Of a stretch of 64,000 nucleotides of DNA, positions 27,091-37,320 are shown piece after piece. Below the pieces are notes generated by a model, which saw only the letters and a program-made list of their open reading frames with translations, was not told where the DNA came from and did not search any database. The translations under genes were made by a program, and so were the position numbers. Numbering within the stretch: the first letter of the stretch is position 1; each line of letters opens with the position of its first letter. Source of the DNA: Candidatus Omnitrophota bacterium (lineage in GTDB: Bacteria > Omnitrophota > Gorgyraeia > Zapsychrales > Zapsychraceae); NCBI GenBank assembly GCA_015233115.1, contig JADFYJ010000005.1:22359-86358 (forward strand), written 5' to 3'.

Positions 27091-28125
27091 CATATCTTCA
27101 TTACTCTCTGCCGGCTCTGTCGCTTCTGCCGGTTCAGCAGGCTCAATAGCCTCTGCTGGTGTCGTGATGCCTTTTAATTCATTCCATTGTTTCAATGAAA
27201 ATAAATTTAGCTCCCATCCAACTAATTGACTGGCTAACCGGACATTTTGACCTTGCTTACCTATCGCGATCGAAAGCTGATCATCAGCGACGATAATATT
27301 AGCTTTTTTCTGCTGATAATTCAACTGAATTTGTGAGATCTCCGCTGGAGACAAAGACTGCTGAACATATTCTTTAATATCATCTGAATACCGGACAATA
27401 TCAATGCGCTCCCCTTGGAGCTCATTCACAATGTTTTTAACCCGGGAACCGCGCATACCAACGCATGCGCCCAAACAATCAATCTTCTCATCTTTAGAGT
27501 TAACCGCGATTTTAGTCCGGTCGCCGGCATCACGAGCAATGCCTTTGATCTCAACAATGCCCTCGTAAATTTCCGGCACTTCTAATTCAAATAGCCGTTT
27601 TACAAAATTAGCATGGGCGCGGGACAAAATAACCTGAGGTCCTTTATTATCTCTGCGGACTTCCAGAACATACGCGCGGATCCGATCTCCTTGACGAAAA
27701 TCATCTTTAGGTGACTGCTCTTTCTTAGGTAAATACGCTTCCGCTTTTCCCAAATCAACGATAATATTCCCTTTTTCAAAACGGTACACGGCCCCAGAAA
27801 TTATCTGGCCGATTTTCAATTGATATTCATCAAAAACGACACCTTTTTCAGCTTCGCGGATCTTCTGGATCACGACTTGTTTAGCGGTTTGCGCAGCAAT
27901 ACGGCCAAACTCACTAGAGCGGATTTCTTTCCCATTCGCGTAGGCTTTAATTTCACCGCTCTTAGCATCGAGTTTAACAATCACTTCTTCGCTGTCATCC
28001 ACAGTCCATAATTTCCGCGCCGCAGTCGCCACAGCTGATTCAACTGCCTCAATCAAGACCTGTTTATTAACGCCTTTATCGCGCTCTAACTGTTCTAATA
28101 TAACCAACAAATCATTATTTGCCAT
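27052..28125 (-). CDS. nusA: Transcription termination/antitermination factor NusA (C-terminal acidic EPAEPAEATEPAE tail)
   Basis: 357-aa ORF with S1 and KH domains (...GACVGMRGSRVKNIVNELQGERIDIV...). The last ~30 codons overlap the heptamer-repeat element. Confidence 0.9.
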   Translation of the reverse strand: MANNDLLVILEQLERDKGVNKQVLIEAVESAVATAARKLWTVDDSEEVIVKLDAKSGEIKAYANGKEIRSSEFGRIAAQTAKQVVIQKIREAEKGVVFDEYQLKIGQIISGAVYRFEKGNIIVDLGKAEAYLPKKEQSPKDDFRQGDRIRAYVLEVRRDNKGPQVILSRAHANFVKRLFELEVPEIYEGIVEIKGIARDAGDRTKIAVNSKDEKIDCLGACVGMRGSRVKNIVNELQGERIDIVRYSDDIKEYVQQSLSPAEISQIQLNYQQKKANIIVADDQLSIAIGKQGQNVRLASQLVGWELNLFSLKQWNELKGITTPAEAIEPAEPAEATEPAESNEDMSGGSTEEGLENK

Positions 28126-28190
28126 TGTCCAACCCTTTCCTGTCGTATTCTAATATATTTAAAAATTTTAATGTTTGTTTCTATTTTTCT

Positions 28191-28240
28191 CACCAATCGC
28201 TTTTTCTTCTGACATCTGACCTTCTGACTTCTGACCTTAC
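28191..28240. repeat. Heptamer repeat element (CTGACMT family) with core CACCAATCGCTTTTTC, 5' of nusA
   Basis: CAATCGCTTTTTCTTCTGACATCTGACCTTCTGACTTCTGACCTTACAGG. Confidence 0.65.
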
Positions 28241-28245
28241 AGGTT

Positions 28246-28704
28246 CTATTCTATTATTTCCATACCTTTATTAATCACATCATAAGGCACTTCTTTAGTT
28301 TCACCATTAAAATCAATTTTGACATTTTGCTCTCCCGCCTCGACAATCTTCCCGTCATACTGCACTTTTCCATCAAGAGGCTGGGACAAATATAGCATAA
28401 CATTACGTCCCATTGCCCGTTTAAAATCCCGTTGGACTTTCAGCGGCCAATCCAAACCCGGGGAACAAACGCCAACCGTATAACCCGTAGTAATAATCCC
28501 GCCCTCGTCAATCACCTGAATCAACCGCCGATTTAATCGTCCGCATTCTTCAACTGTTATTCCACCTGCCGGCTTGTCAACAACCAAATCGATCGTAATT
28601 TCATTTCTGTATTCGTTCATTGCGAATAAAAAAATTTCCAGTCCCATTTCATCTAAAACAGGCTTAATAATTTGATCCAGTTTACTTTTTAACTCATCGA
28701 TCAT
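28246..28704 (-). CDS. rimP: Ribosome maturation factor RimP
   Basis: 152-aa ORF located between nusA and proS with the RimP fold pattern. Confidence 0.75.
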   Translation of the reverse strand: MIDELKSKLDQIIKPVLDEMGLEIFLFAMNEYRNEITIDLVVDKPAGGITVEECGRLNRRLIQVIDEGGIITTGYTVGVCSPGLDWPLKVQRDFKRAMGRNVMLYLSQPLDGKVQYDGKIVEAGEQNVKIDFNGETKEVPYDVINKGMEIIE

Positions 28705-29960
28705 TTTTTAAGTTCCATAATTTTCATCAGCACATCATTCACCTCAACCAGCATCACTTCACCGGTTTGACGTAATTTTATTTCTACTTTACCTTCAACT
28801 AAATTACGCTGGCCAATGGTTATACGTAAAGGAATACCAATCAGATCCGCGTCATTAAACTTACGGCCCGCGCTTTCACTCCGGTCATCCATTAAAACAT
28901 CACAGCCTTTAGCCCGAAGTTCAGAATAAAATTTTTCCGACAATTTCATTATCTCATCGTCCGCGGATTTTGCAATTGGCAATATTTCCACGTCAAACGG
29001 CGCGACACTGGCTGGCCATTTGATTCCCTTGTCATCATTGTATTTTTCTATAATCGCGGCAACCACGCGGCTCACCCCAATCCCATAGCATCCCATGATC
29101 ATAGGGTTGCGTTTACCGTCTTCGTCAATGTATTCTGCCGCTAAAGCAGAACTATATTTTGTCCCTAATTGAAAAATATGTCCAAGTTCTAAAGCAGACT
29201 GTTTTGTAAGAATACCTTTTCCGCATTGCGGACAAGTTTTTCCCTGATCTTGATTTTCGGTCACTCCGCTTTGCGCTTTGCAAGACGGACAGGAAACCAC
29301 TGCATCTTCGCCAATAGGCGCACCGATCATAAACTCATGGGACACATCGCCGCCCATAGCTCCTGAATCAGCCGCGATCACTGCCACATCCAATTCCATA
29401 CGGCTAAAAATACGCTTATACGCGTCAAACATAATCTGATAACTTTTACGCAAGCCATCCACATCCCGGTCAAAACTATACGCGTCTTTCATAATAAATT
29501 CACTCGCGCGGACAATGCCAAAACGAGTACGCAATTCATCACGAAATTTAGTCTGAATCTGATACAAAGTCACTGGCAGCTGACGATAAGACTGCACGAA
29601 TTGACGAACCAAATCAGTTATAATCTCCTCATGCGTTGGCCCTAAACACATATCATGCCCGCGGTTATTTTTAAATTTGATCATAATCCCGTCTAAAACT
29701 TGGTCTCGTCCAGTTTTTTTCCACAATTCAATGGGATGCAGACACGGCATCAACAATTCATGCGCGCCGGCATTATTCATCTCCTCCCGAATAATATTTT
29801 CCACCCGGTTCAATACTTTTAACCCTAAAGGCAGATAAGAATAAACCCCGGAAGTCAGCATTTGCACCAGTCCCGCTCTTAATAAAAGTTGATGACTCAC
29901 CGCTTCAGTTCCCACCGGAACTTCTTTTAACGTTGGTATAAAATATTTAGACCATTTCAT
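28701..29960 (-). CDS. proS: Proline--tRNA ligase (short form, no editing insertion; Cys-rich zinc ribbon CPSCKAQ...CPQCGKG)
   Basis: 419-aa ORF with class II aaRS motifs. The N-terminus MKWSKYFIPTLKEVP is typical of ProS. Confidence 0.8.
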   Translation of the reverse strand: MKWSKYFIPTLKEVPVGTEAVSHQLLLRAGLVQMLTSGVYSYLPLGLKVLNRVENIIREEMNNAGAHELLMPCLHPIELWKKTGRDQVLDGIMIKFKNNRGHDMCLGPTHEEIITDLVRQFVQSYRQLPVTLYQIQTKFRDELRTRFGIVRASEFIMKDAYSFDRDVDGLRKSYQIMFDAYKRIFSRMELDVAVIAADSGAMGGDVSHEFMIGAPIGEDAVVSCPSCKAQSGVTENQDQGKTCPQCGKGILTKQSALELGHIFQLGTKYSSALAAEYIDEDGKRNPMIMGCYGIGVSRVVAAIIEKYNDDKGIKWPASVAPFDVEILPIAKSADDEIMKLSEKFYSELRAKGCDVLMDDRSESAGRKFNDADLIGIPLRITIGQRNLVEGKVEIKLRQTGEVMLVEVNDVLMKIMELKK

Positions 29961-29978
29961 TTAAGACTCCAATTTTTT

Positions 29979-30264
29979 TAGTATGTAGTATGTGGTATAT
30001 GGTATGTAGTAAAAACGAATTTGTTTTAATAAAAGCGAAACCAATAAACAATAAAAAACGCTTTAACAACAATCGCTTTTATTTTTCACCAAACCACATA
30101 ACACTTACTACATTTAATTATCAAATAATTTTTTTTAATACACGCTTTTCCAGCAATCGCTTTTCGCTACATGCTACATGCTATACAAATAAATTTTTAA
30201 GCTTTCCCATCAATCGCTTCTCGCTACATACTACATACTACATGCTACATGCCACATGCTATAC
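29979..30264. repeat. Compound heptamer inverted-repeat element (GTATGTA family) with three core copies (30062-30076, 30151-30166, 30201-30216), 5' of proS
   Basis: Left arm TAGTATGTAGTATGTGGTATATGGTATGTAGTAAAAACGAAT. Right arms CTACATGCTACATGCTATAC and CTACATACTACATACTACATGCTACATGCCACATGCTATAC. Confidence 0.75.
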
Positions 30265-31524
30265 AAATAAATTATTAGGTACCGCCACATTCCGTTTGGC
30301 AAATTTATAAAAGAATGACGGCTGGTTTTTATTCATTTCCCAATATCCACTGATTTTTCCGTCAGACGCATGATCAGTTTGTTTAAAACGGAAAATGTCG
30401 TATAAATTTACTTCTTTAGTTTTTTCATCAAAAACCACATCTGTCATTGCGGTCATTCGGCGTTTACCGTCACTAAATAATTCCAAATGAACCACAATAT
30501 CAATAGCGCGGGCGACTTGCTTGCGGATTTCATCCGTGCTCAAACGAATCCCGGTCATGAGCATCATGGTCACCAAACGGTTAAAACAATCTTCCGGGCT
30601 TTCCGCGTGTACGATAGATAAAGAACCACTGTGGCCGCTCGAAATCGACTCTATCATGTCCAATACTTCAGCACCTCTTAATTCCCCGACAATAATGCGA
30701 TCCGGGCGCATGCGCAGGCAATTGATAAACAATTCCCGCATGGTTATTTGGCCGCGGCCTTCAATATTGGCATCTTTGGTGCATAACGTGACCACATGCT
30801 CTTGCTTAAGCCTTAATTCCGGCGTATCTTCAATCGTAATGATCCGCTCATCTTCCGGAATATAACTTGAAAAAACATTCAGCGCCGTTGTCTTACCTGA
30901 ACCAGTTGACCCACAAAATATGACATTTAATTTTGCCTTCATGGCTAAAATCAAAAGATCCGCGATATTCCGATCTAATTCACCCAGCTCAATCAAATTC
31001 TCGACCGTGGTAATATCTTCCTTGAACTTCCGTATCGTCATAACCGGCCCAATCTGCGATAACGGCGGAATGATCGCGTTGACTCTGGATCCATCCGGCA
31101 ATGAAAAATCAACATAAGCCGATGATTCATCCAAGCGCTTATTCGCTCCGGTCGAAGCCAGTAATTTCTGGATCGTATGGAGCAAATGCTGATTATGATC
31201 AAATTTAATATTCGCTTTTTCAATTTTCCCGTGACGCTGAATATAAATCAAATCCGGACCATTCACCATGATTTCCGTAATCAAAGGATCTTCCATAAGC
31301 GGCCGCAGCGGCCCCAAACTGGCCAATCCCGTAATCAATGACCGGATAACATCTCCCTGCTGTTCTAAAGGAATCTCAAATTTTACAACTTTAGAAAAAT
31401 CAATAAATGATTTTTGTAAAAAAGCCCGCATCGCGTCTTCACTCATCTTATCTTTGCGGTCGAGAAAATCAGTTTGATTAATCAAATACTGATTAAACCC
31501 AGCTTTTATATCGTCAGTCTTCAT
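30259..31524 (-). CDS. CpaF/VirB11-family type II/IV secretion ATPase (orphan, no tad/pilus neighbours)
   Basis: 421-aa ORF with Walker A GSTGSGKTT, Asp box and His box (...HAESPED...). Has the ~100-aa N-terminal domain typical of CpaF. Confidence 0.75.
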   Translation of the reverse strand: MKTDDIKAGFNQYLINQTDFLDRKDKMSEDAMRAFLQKSFIDFSKVVKFEIPLEQQGDVIRSLITGLASLGPLRPLMEDPLITEIMVNGPDLIYIQRHGKIEKANIKFDHNQHLLHTIQKLLASTGANKRLDESSAYVDFSLPDGSRVNAIIPPLSQIGPVMTIRKFKEDITTVENLIELGELDRNIADLLILAMKAKLNVIFCGSTGSGKTTALNVFSSYIPEDERIITIEDTPELRLKQEHVVTLCTKDANIEGRGQITMRELFINCLRMRPDRIIVGELRGAEVLDMIESISSGHSGSLSIVHAESPEDCFNRLVTMMLMTGIRLSTDEIRKQVARAIDIVVHLELFSDGKRRMTAMTDVVFDEKTKEVNLYDIFRFKQTDHASDGKISGYWEMNKNQPSFFYKFAKRNVAVPNNLFV

Positions 31525-31537
31525 AATTTATTCCTAA

Positions 31538-31790
31538 TAGTAACAAAGTAACCGAGTAACCGAGTAACAAAGTAAAAACTAATCAAACCGCGTGCCCATA
31601 CACAAGGTTTACGTTTAAACTGAATCCCAGAGCGAGTTCAGCTCCGCTTCGGAGCTGCTGTTTGAGCGAAGGATTCGGTTTAAATGCAAACCGCCCAACC
31701 CGCGCGCTTTATATATTCATAGAAATTTTTTAATCATTAAGTAACAGAGTAACCGAGTAACAGGGTAACAGGGTAACAGAGTAACAGAAT
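31538..31790. repeat. 8-nt tandem arrays (GTAACMRR) in direct orientation at 31538-31578 and 31741-31790, flanking structured-element copy 2
   Basis: GTAACAAAGTAACCGAGTAACCGAGTAACAAAGTAAAAAC and GTAACAGAGTAACCGAGTAACAGGGTAACAGGGTAACAGAGTAACAG. Confidence 0.7.
31585..31713. repeat. ~129-nt structured repeat element, copy 2 (same as 21349-21474), bracketed by direct 8-nt GTAACMGR tandem arrays
   Basis: AAACCGCGTGCCCATACACAAGGTTTACGTTTAAACTGAATCCCAGAGCGAGTTCAGCTCCGCTTCGGAGCTGCTGTTTGAGCGAAGGATTCGGTTTAAATGCAAACCGCCCAACCCGCGCGCTTTA. Confidence 0.6.
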
Positions 31791-31799
31791 GATACTAAT

Positions 31800-32906
31800 T
31801 TATCTTATAAACAACGACTTAATTTTTGCTATCAAACCAATATTTTCAAAATCATTATAAAATACGAATAATGCGAAACAGATAATCAACACAAAACCGG
31901 CATTCCCCACGATTTCATCCATTTTTTCCGGCAAGGGCTTTCCTCTCACCTTTTCGATAGCCATTAAAAGCAAATGGCCGCCATCTAACGGAATAATCGG
32001 GAGTAAATTAAAAATCGCCAAACTCGCGCTGATCACGCCGACAATAAAAACCAGATGATTAAATCCCATAGCTGCCGCTTCTTTAATAATCTTAAAAATC
32101 ATAACCGGACCAGCCACATTCTTGGCCGACATTGACCCTGTAATCATAAAATAAATTGACTTGTAAGTCATCTCTGTGATCTCAACAATTTTGGTGAAAC
32201 CAAGAACCAAAGATTGCCCCAAGCCATATTTCAAAGAAACCAATTCATCCGCAGGCACAATGCCGATCAAACGTGTTTTTTGTTTTTGCCCAAAAACATT
32301 TTTTTGTTCTTCAAAACGCGGCACTAAAGTAAGATCTAGCGGTTTCCCGTTACGAGTGATCTCTAAATCTAATTTGTCAAAGGCCGGATTCGTAATACTT
32401 TTCTTAACCTCAGTCCAATTCGTAACCGGCTGTTTATTAATTTTCACAATTCTATCGCCGACCAAAAGACCTGCTTGTTGCGCGGGAAAATCCTTCATAA
32501 CCTGTCCGACTTTAGTCGAAAAATCCGGATACCCAATCAAAAAAACCACCACAAAACACAAATACGCTAAAAGGAAATTCACAATCGGTCCGTTAATCGC
32601 GATCAATGCCCGGCATTCCGGCGGTTTGGAATGAAACTCATCCGGCGCGCCTTTACAATCTTCCCGGCTTTCACCCGCCATTTTAACGTACCCGCCTAAA
32701 GGAAATAAACTTACGCAATACTCTACCCCGCCGATAACTTTTTTAAAAAGTTTAGGGCCAAAGCCAATAGAAAAACTTTCCACGCGCACCCCTAACTTAA
32801 TAGCTGTCATAAAATGACCCCATTCATGCACGATAATCAGAATGCTGAGCACAATTAAAAAAACGACAATACTATATAAATTCGTCATCAATATCGCTAA
32901 ACTCAT
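31800..32906 (-). CDS. rseP: RIP site-2 metalloprotease RseP (M50, PDZ domain)
   Basis: HEWGHF (HExxH) in the first TM helix and the LDG motif near the C-terminus. Start taken at MSLAIL... just after the dxr stop. Confidence 0.8.
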   Translation of the reverse strand: MSLAILMTNLYSIVVFLIVLSILIIVHEWGHFMTAIKLGVRVESFSIGFGPKLFKKVIGGVEYCVSLFPLGGYVKMAGESREDCKGAPDEFHSKPPECRALIAINGPIVNFLLAYLCFVVVFLIGYPDFSTKVGQVMKDFPAQQAGLLVGDRIVKINKQPVTNWTEVKKSITNPAFDKLDLEITRNGKPLDLTLVPRFEEQKNVFGQKQKTRLIGIVPADELVSLKYGLGQSLVLGFTKIVEITEMTYKSIYFMITGSMSAKNVAGPVMIFKIIKEAAAMGFNHLVFIVGVISASLAIFNLLPIIPLDGGHLLLMAIEKVRGKPLPEKMDEIVGNAGFVLIICFALFVFYNDFENIGLIAKIKSLFIR

Positions 32907-34054
32907 AATTTTTCCAATACCTTTCTGGTAGCTTCTCTCCCCCACTGGTCAGCGGATAAAATATCCCGCAATTTTGGTGCCTTAATACTTTTGTGTTTGC
33001 TCACAACTGTTTCAACCGTCGTATAAATTTGATCAAACCTAATTTTTCCATGCAAAAACGCCTCTACAGCTTCTTCATCCGCGCTGTTTAACACGGCCGG
33101 CAACGTTCCGCCTTTTTTAGCGACATGGCAGCATAAACTTAAAGCCGGAAATTTTTGCACATCAGGTTCACAAAAACTCAACTGCTGCAATGAACAAAAA
33201 TCCAGCCGCTTTAAATGCGTCGGCCAACGATCCGGATAAGTCAACGCGTACTGAATCGGCAGACGCATATCCGTAATTCCCATTTGCGCGATCACTGAGC
33301 CATCACAATATTCAACCATGGAATGAATAATCGCTTCCGGGTGAATCACCACTTTAATCTGATCAGCCGTCAAGTCAAACAAACGCATCGCTTCAATTAC
33401 TTCAAAGCCTTTATTCATGAGCATGGCTGAATCAACCGTGATCTTCCGCCCCATTTTCCATCGCGGATGCGCCAAAATATCTTTAACCGTCATAGTCGAA
33501 AATTTCGACTTAGGTGTTTTTAATAACGCCCCGCCAGAAGCTGTCAAATGAACCATCTTTAATTCAGAACGCTTCTGCCCATTCAAACATTGGAATATCG
33601 CGCTCTGTTCACTATCAATCGGGACAATCTTCGCCCCAAATTTTTTAGCCTCAGCCATAATCAAATCGCCGGCAATCACCAAAGCTTCTTTATTAGCCGG
33701 AGCAATCTGTTTGCCTGCCCGAACAGCCGCTAAAAAAGGCATAAGCGCCGCACTGCCCCTCATCGCCACCACCACCACATCCACCTTCGGCAAACTGACC
33801 AGCCATTCCAAATCTTCAAACACACTCAAAATCTGTTTATCAACCAAAATTCTTTTTTGCTTAAAATGAGTAATACCTTCTTCAGACAATACCACATAAT
33901 CCGGCTTAAAAAGCCTAACCTGCTCTTCAATCAAATGAATATTGTTATATGCTGTTAAGCCCACGACACGGAATTGATCCGGATACCGGCTGATCACCTT
34001 TAACGCATTAACGCCAATTGAACCTGTAGAACCAAGAATAACTATATTTTTCAT
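32903..34054 (-). CDS. dxr: 1-deoxy-D-xylulose 5-phosphate reductoisomerase
   Basis: 383-aa ORF with N-terminal NADPH site MKNIVILGSTGSIGVNAL and conserved Dxr blocks. Confidence 0.9.
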   Translation of the reverse strand: MKNIVILGSTGSIGVNALKVISRYPDQFRVVGLTAYNNIHLIEEQVRLFKPDYVVLSEEGITHFKQKRILVDKQILSVFEDLEWLVSLPKVDVVVVAMRGSAALMPFLAAVRAGKQIAPANKEALVIAGDLIMAEAKKFGAKIVPIDSEQSAIFQCLNGQKRSELKMVHLTASGGALLKTPKSKFSTMTVKDILAHPRWKMGRKITVDSAMLMNKGFEVIEAMRLFDLTADQIKVVIHPEAIIHSMVEYCDGSVIAQMGITDMRLPIQYALTYPDRWPTHLKRLDFCSLQQLSFCEPDVQKFPALSLCCHVAKKGGTLPAVLNSADEEAVEAFLHGKIRFDQIYTTVETVVSKHKSIKAPKLRDILSADQWGREATRKVLEKL

Positions 34055-34065
34055 GTTATATTAAA

Positions 34066-34165
34066 AATTTCGGTTGATGGTTTTTGGTTGTTGGTTTTTG
34101 GTCAACAACATTTTTAAGCAATCGCTTTTTCGTCCATCATCCCGCGGCCTTCATCCCTCGTATAT
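34066..34165. repeat. Repeat element homologous to 19783-19845 (TTGATGGTTTTTGGTTGTTGGTTTTTGGT plus core AGCAATCGCTTTTTC), 5' of dxr
   Basis: About 80 nt of the dxr 5' leader is near-identical to the RNase-J-like 5' leader. Confidence 0.7.
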
Positions 34166-34987
34166 CTATTGCAATATCGCGCTGATAAAAAAGTAGAAAA
34201 CCGGGACGGCGAATAATAGGCTATCGATCATGTCTAAAACTCCGCCTAAACCGGGCATTAATTTTCCGGAATCTTTTACATTGCAATCACGCTTGATTTG
34301 CGACTCGGACATGTCACCCAGCTGGCCTATGATCCCTAACGCCGCTCCCATTAAAACAACTTGCCACAACGTTAATCCCAATTCAGGCGGCATTAGTTTA
34401 AAAGCCAACAAGGCAATAAACGCGCTCATTAATAAACCGCCTAAACCGCCTTCTATGGTTTTTTTGGGACTGACGGTGGGTAACAGCGGATGTTTACCTA
34501 AAACTTTACCAATCAACAAAGCACCGACATCGCCGAATTTTGTGACCAATAAAACAAACGCCAACAATCGCAAACCGGCCCAATCACTCACGTCTGCCAT
34601 TAAAAAACGGACTTTGATCGTAAAACTAAACAGCCAGGACACATAGAGTATGCCGAATAATGTGGTCGAAATGCCAATTAACGCGTTGTTGTTATCCTTG
34701 CGCCTAAACTGTAAAATAAAAACTGTACCTAACACCAGAACTATGAACAATAGCTCCCAGCCCTTGGTCGGCTGAAAACGAAAAAACGTGGTCAAAGGGA
34801 TTAAAACACCAATCAGGATACCCGTGTAATCATAAATCGGGATACCCTTCTTTTTCGCCAAATAAAAAAATTCATACAACCCGCCCACCGTAAAAATCAA
34901 GATAAGCAATAAGAAAAACCATTTGTTAAAGAGCCCCGCGATAATGAGCGGAATAATGATAAATGATGAAAAAATTCTCTTTAACAT
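34166..34987 (-). CDS. cdsA: Phosphatidate cytidylyltransferase
   Basis: 273-aa polytopic membrane protein with the C-terminal CdsA signature ...[36 protein letters not shown]. Confidence 0.8.
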   Translation of the reverse strand: [273 protein letters not shown]

Positions 34988-34990
34988 GTT

Positions 34991-35728
34991 TTATCCTTGT
35001 TGATGGGAAACAACTTTTCCAAAACGCCGGTCCCGCTTTTGATAATCAAGAATCGCTTTTTTAAATTCATTTTTTGTGAAATCCGGCCACAAAACTTCAG
35101 TAAACAAAAACTCAGCGTATGACAATTGCCATAATAAAAAATTACTGATCCGTTGTTCTCCTGACGTGCGGATTAATAAATCCGGGTCGGGTAAATCTTT
35201 GGTATATAAATAACGTCCTACTGTTTCTTCTGATATAGTTTTTTGTGATAATTTCCCAATGACCACATCTTTGGCAATATTCTTAATCGCGTCAACAATT
35301 TCACCTCGGCTGCCGTAATTAAAAGCCAGATTTACGGTCAAGCCAGTATTCTTATCCAGCTTATGTATCACCGCTTCCAGCTCATTCCAAACTTTATCCG
35401 GAACGCCTTCTCGCCGACCGCACAACCGCACCCGGATGTTATCCCGCTGCAATTTCGACATTTGATTATTCAAGACCAGACACATGGTCTTCATAATCCC
35501 CTCAACTTCAGATTGCGGCCGATTCCAATTTTCCGTGGAAAAAGCGAATAACGTCAAAACCTTGATCCCCATCTCCCTCGCGACATCCATTACTTCACCA
35601 ACACGCTTAACGCCTTCCAAATGTCCTTGCGGACGGGTCAGCCCGCGCTTCTTTGCCCAGCGTCCGTTCCCATCCATAATGATCGCCACATGCTGAGGTA
35701 TTCGTTTAGGATCTAAATCAACCATCAT
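34991..35728 (-). CDS. uppS: Ditrans,polycis-undecaprenyl-diphosphate synthase
   Basis: 245-aa ORF: HVAIIMDGNGRWA, and FSTENWNRP. Confidence 0.9.
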   Translation of the reverse strand: MMVDLDPKRIPQHVAIIMDGNGRWAKKRGLTRPQGHLEGVKRVGEVMDVAREMGIKVLTLFAFSTENWNRPQSEVEGIMKTMCLVLNNQMSKLQRDNIRVRLCGRREGVPDKVWNELEAVIHKLDKNTGLTVNLAFNYGSRGEIVDAIKNIAKDVVIGKLSQKTISEETVGRYLYTKDLPDPDLLIRTSGEQRISNFLLWQLSYAEFLFTEVLWPDFTKNEFKKAILDYQKRDRRFGKVVSHQQG

Positions 35729-36456
35729 TATTTTCTCTCGTCTATCAACGTTCCATTCTCGTCATACTTCTTGACCGGATGTTCCAGTTTACCTTTTTTA
35801 AAAAGCATTTCTGTTCTCAACTGACCAGTTTCGAAATATATCTTAAGCAACCCGTCACGCTTGCCATCACTATAAAAGCCTTCCATTCGCAATTTTCCAT
35901 TTTCATGATAGGTTTTTAAAAAACCATCTATTTGGCCGTCTTTATATGTTCCAGTCTCACGCAAATTACCATTTTCATGATATTTTTTATATGCGCCCTT
36001 CCGCTTTCCAGAGGCGTAAATAACTTCACTCCGCAGCTTTCCATCGTAATAATATTTCCTGACTAAGTCTTCTTTCTGACTATTGATAAGAACCCCGTCC
36101 TCCATTAATTTTCCATTTTCATAATATACCTTAAATGGACCTTCCGCTTTACTATCAATGTATAATTCTGTTTCTTTAAGGGCTCCGCTTTCGTAATAGA
36201 GTTTAGCTTCCCCTTGTGCTTTACCGTTTATAAAATTGACTTCACTCTCCACCTTCCCGTTTTCGTAGTATTTTCTAAACAGGCCATCTTTAACTCCACC
36301 CTTGAAAAACCCTTGCTGAAACAACTTCCCGCTTTTGTAATAAGTTTTATGCGGTCCATCTGGTATAGTTTCTGAAGAAAAAAGTAGCCGCGTTGAAAAT
36401 AACAAAAATATGGTGCCGATCAGGATGATATTAAAATTTTGTCTTTGAAAAATCAT
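35728..36456 (-). CDS. Secreted MORN-repeat-variant protein (YwqK-like), paralog 1
   Basis: 242 aa with signal peptide, then ~8 repeats of YYENGKL/YHENGNL-type MORN-variant units. Confidence 0.6.
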   Translation of the reverse strand: MIFQRQNFNIILIGTIFLLFSTRLLFSSETIPDGPHKTYYKSGKLFQQGFFKGGVKDGLFRKYYENGKVESEVNFINGKAQGEAKLYYESGALKETELYIDSKAEGPFKVYYENGKLMEDGVLINSQKEDLVRKYYYDGKLRSEVIYASGKRKGAYKKYHENGNLRETGTYKDGQIDGFLKTYHENGKLRMEGFYSDGKRDGLLKIYFETGQLRTEMLFKKGKLEHPVKKYDENGTLIDERK

Positions 36457-36521
36457 TTTTTAAAAACCTCTACAAATAAAAGGGGAAAATATCATTTCTG
36501 AATCATTAATCCCACTGAATA

Positions 36522-37268
36522 CTATTTCGGGTTTAGTGTCTTTTCACTTTCATCATGCATTGTCTCTAAACCTTCTTGAATACCATTCTTAAAAAAGACT
36601 TCTTTTTTTAACTGTCCACTTTCGTAATATGTTTTAAACGACCCCTCCAACTTACCATCCTTAGTCGTTCCTTCCTGATACAATTTTCCACTTTGGTAAT
36701 ACGTTCTGAACAATCCGTCTTGCACATCATTCTTGTAATTTGTTTGCAATTCTATTATCCCATTTTGTCTATACGTCGTCAAAAGACCCTCTAGCTTACT
36801 ATCATTATAATGGGCTTCCTGCTTTAACTCTCCCCCTAAATAAAAGTCTTTACGAAAACCTTCCCCTTTAATTTTCAAAATTCCGTCAGTCATCAACTGT
36901 CCACCCGGATAATATGCTTTAAAGGGACCATCTTGCTGGTCATCCTTCAGCGCCATTTCTTCTTGCAAATTCCCGTTTTCATAATATTTCTTCATTGGTC
37001 CGTCATGTAAACCAAGTTTAAATGTCCATTCTTCTTTCAACTTCCCATTTTCGTAGTACTCTTTGTACGGCCCTTCCAACTTTCCATTTTTAAAAATTCC
37101 GTCCAGTTGCAATTTTCCATCAGCATAATATGTTTTATAAGGTCCATCTAAAGGTTTGCCTTCATCCGCCTTTTGTTCCGACTGAGCACAAGATAAAGGG
37201 GTTATTACAAACAATAAAAAAAACGCAATAATTAAATTAATTTTAAAATTTTGTTTTCGATCAATCAT
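36522..37268 (-). CDS. Secreted MORN-repeat-variant protein (YwqK-like), paralog 2 (tandem duplicate)
   Basis: 248 aa with the same architecture. Flanking non-coding sequence is also duplicated (cctctacaaataaaagggg). Confidence 0.6.
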   Translation of the reverse strand: MIDRKQNFKINLIIAFFLLFVITPLSCAQSEQKADEGKPLDGPYKTYYADGKLQLDGIFKNGKLEGPYKEYYENGKLKEEWTFKLGLHDGPMKKYYENGNLQEEMALKDDQQDGPFKAYYPGGQLMTDGILKIKGEGFRKDFYLGGELKQEAHYNDSKLEGLLTTYRQNGIIELQTNYKNDVQDGLFRTYYQSGKLYQEGTTKDGKLEGSFKTYYESGQLKKEVFFKNGIQEGLETMHDESEKTLNPK

Positions 37269-37320
37269 ATTATTATACCTTCGCCTCTATCTTCTGCCGT
37301 TTTCTTATCGTTCCTCTACA

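Noticed and set aside
29979-30264. Possible CRISPR array suggested by many short tandem repeats (GTATGTA, CTACATA, GTAACAGA).
   Set aside because: - The repeat period is only 7-8 nt with no unique spacers.
- The arrays occur as inverted pairs around a conserved core.
- No cas genes are present.
- This architecture is that of microsatellite-armed palindromic elements, not CRISPR.
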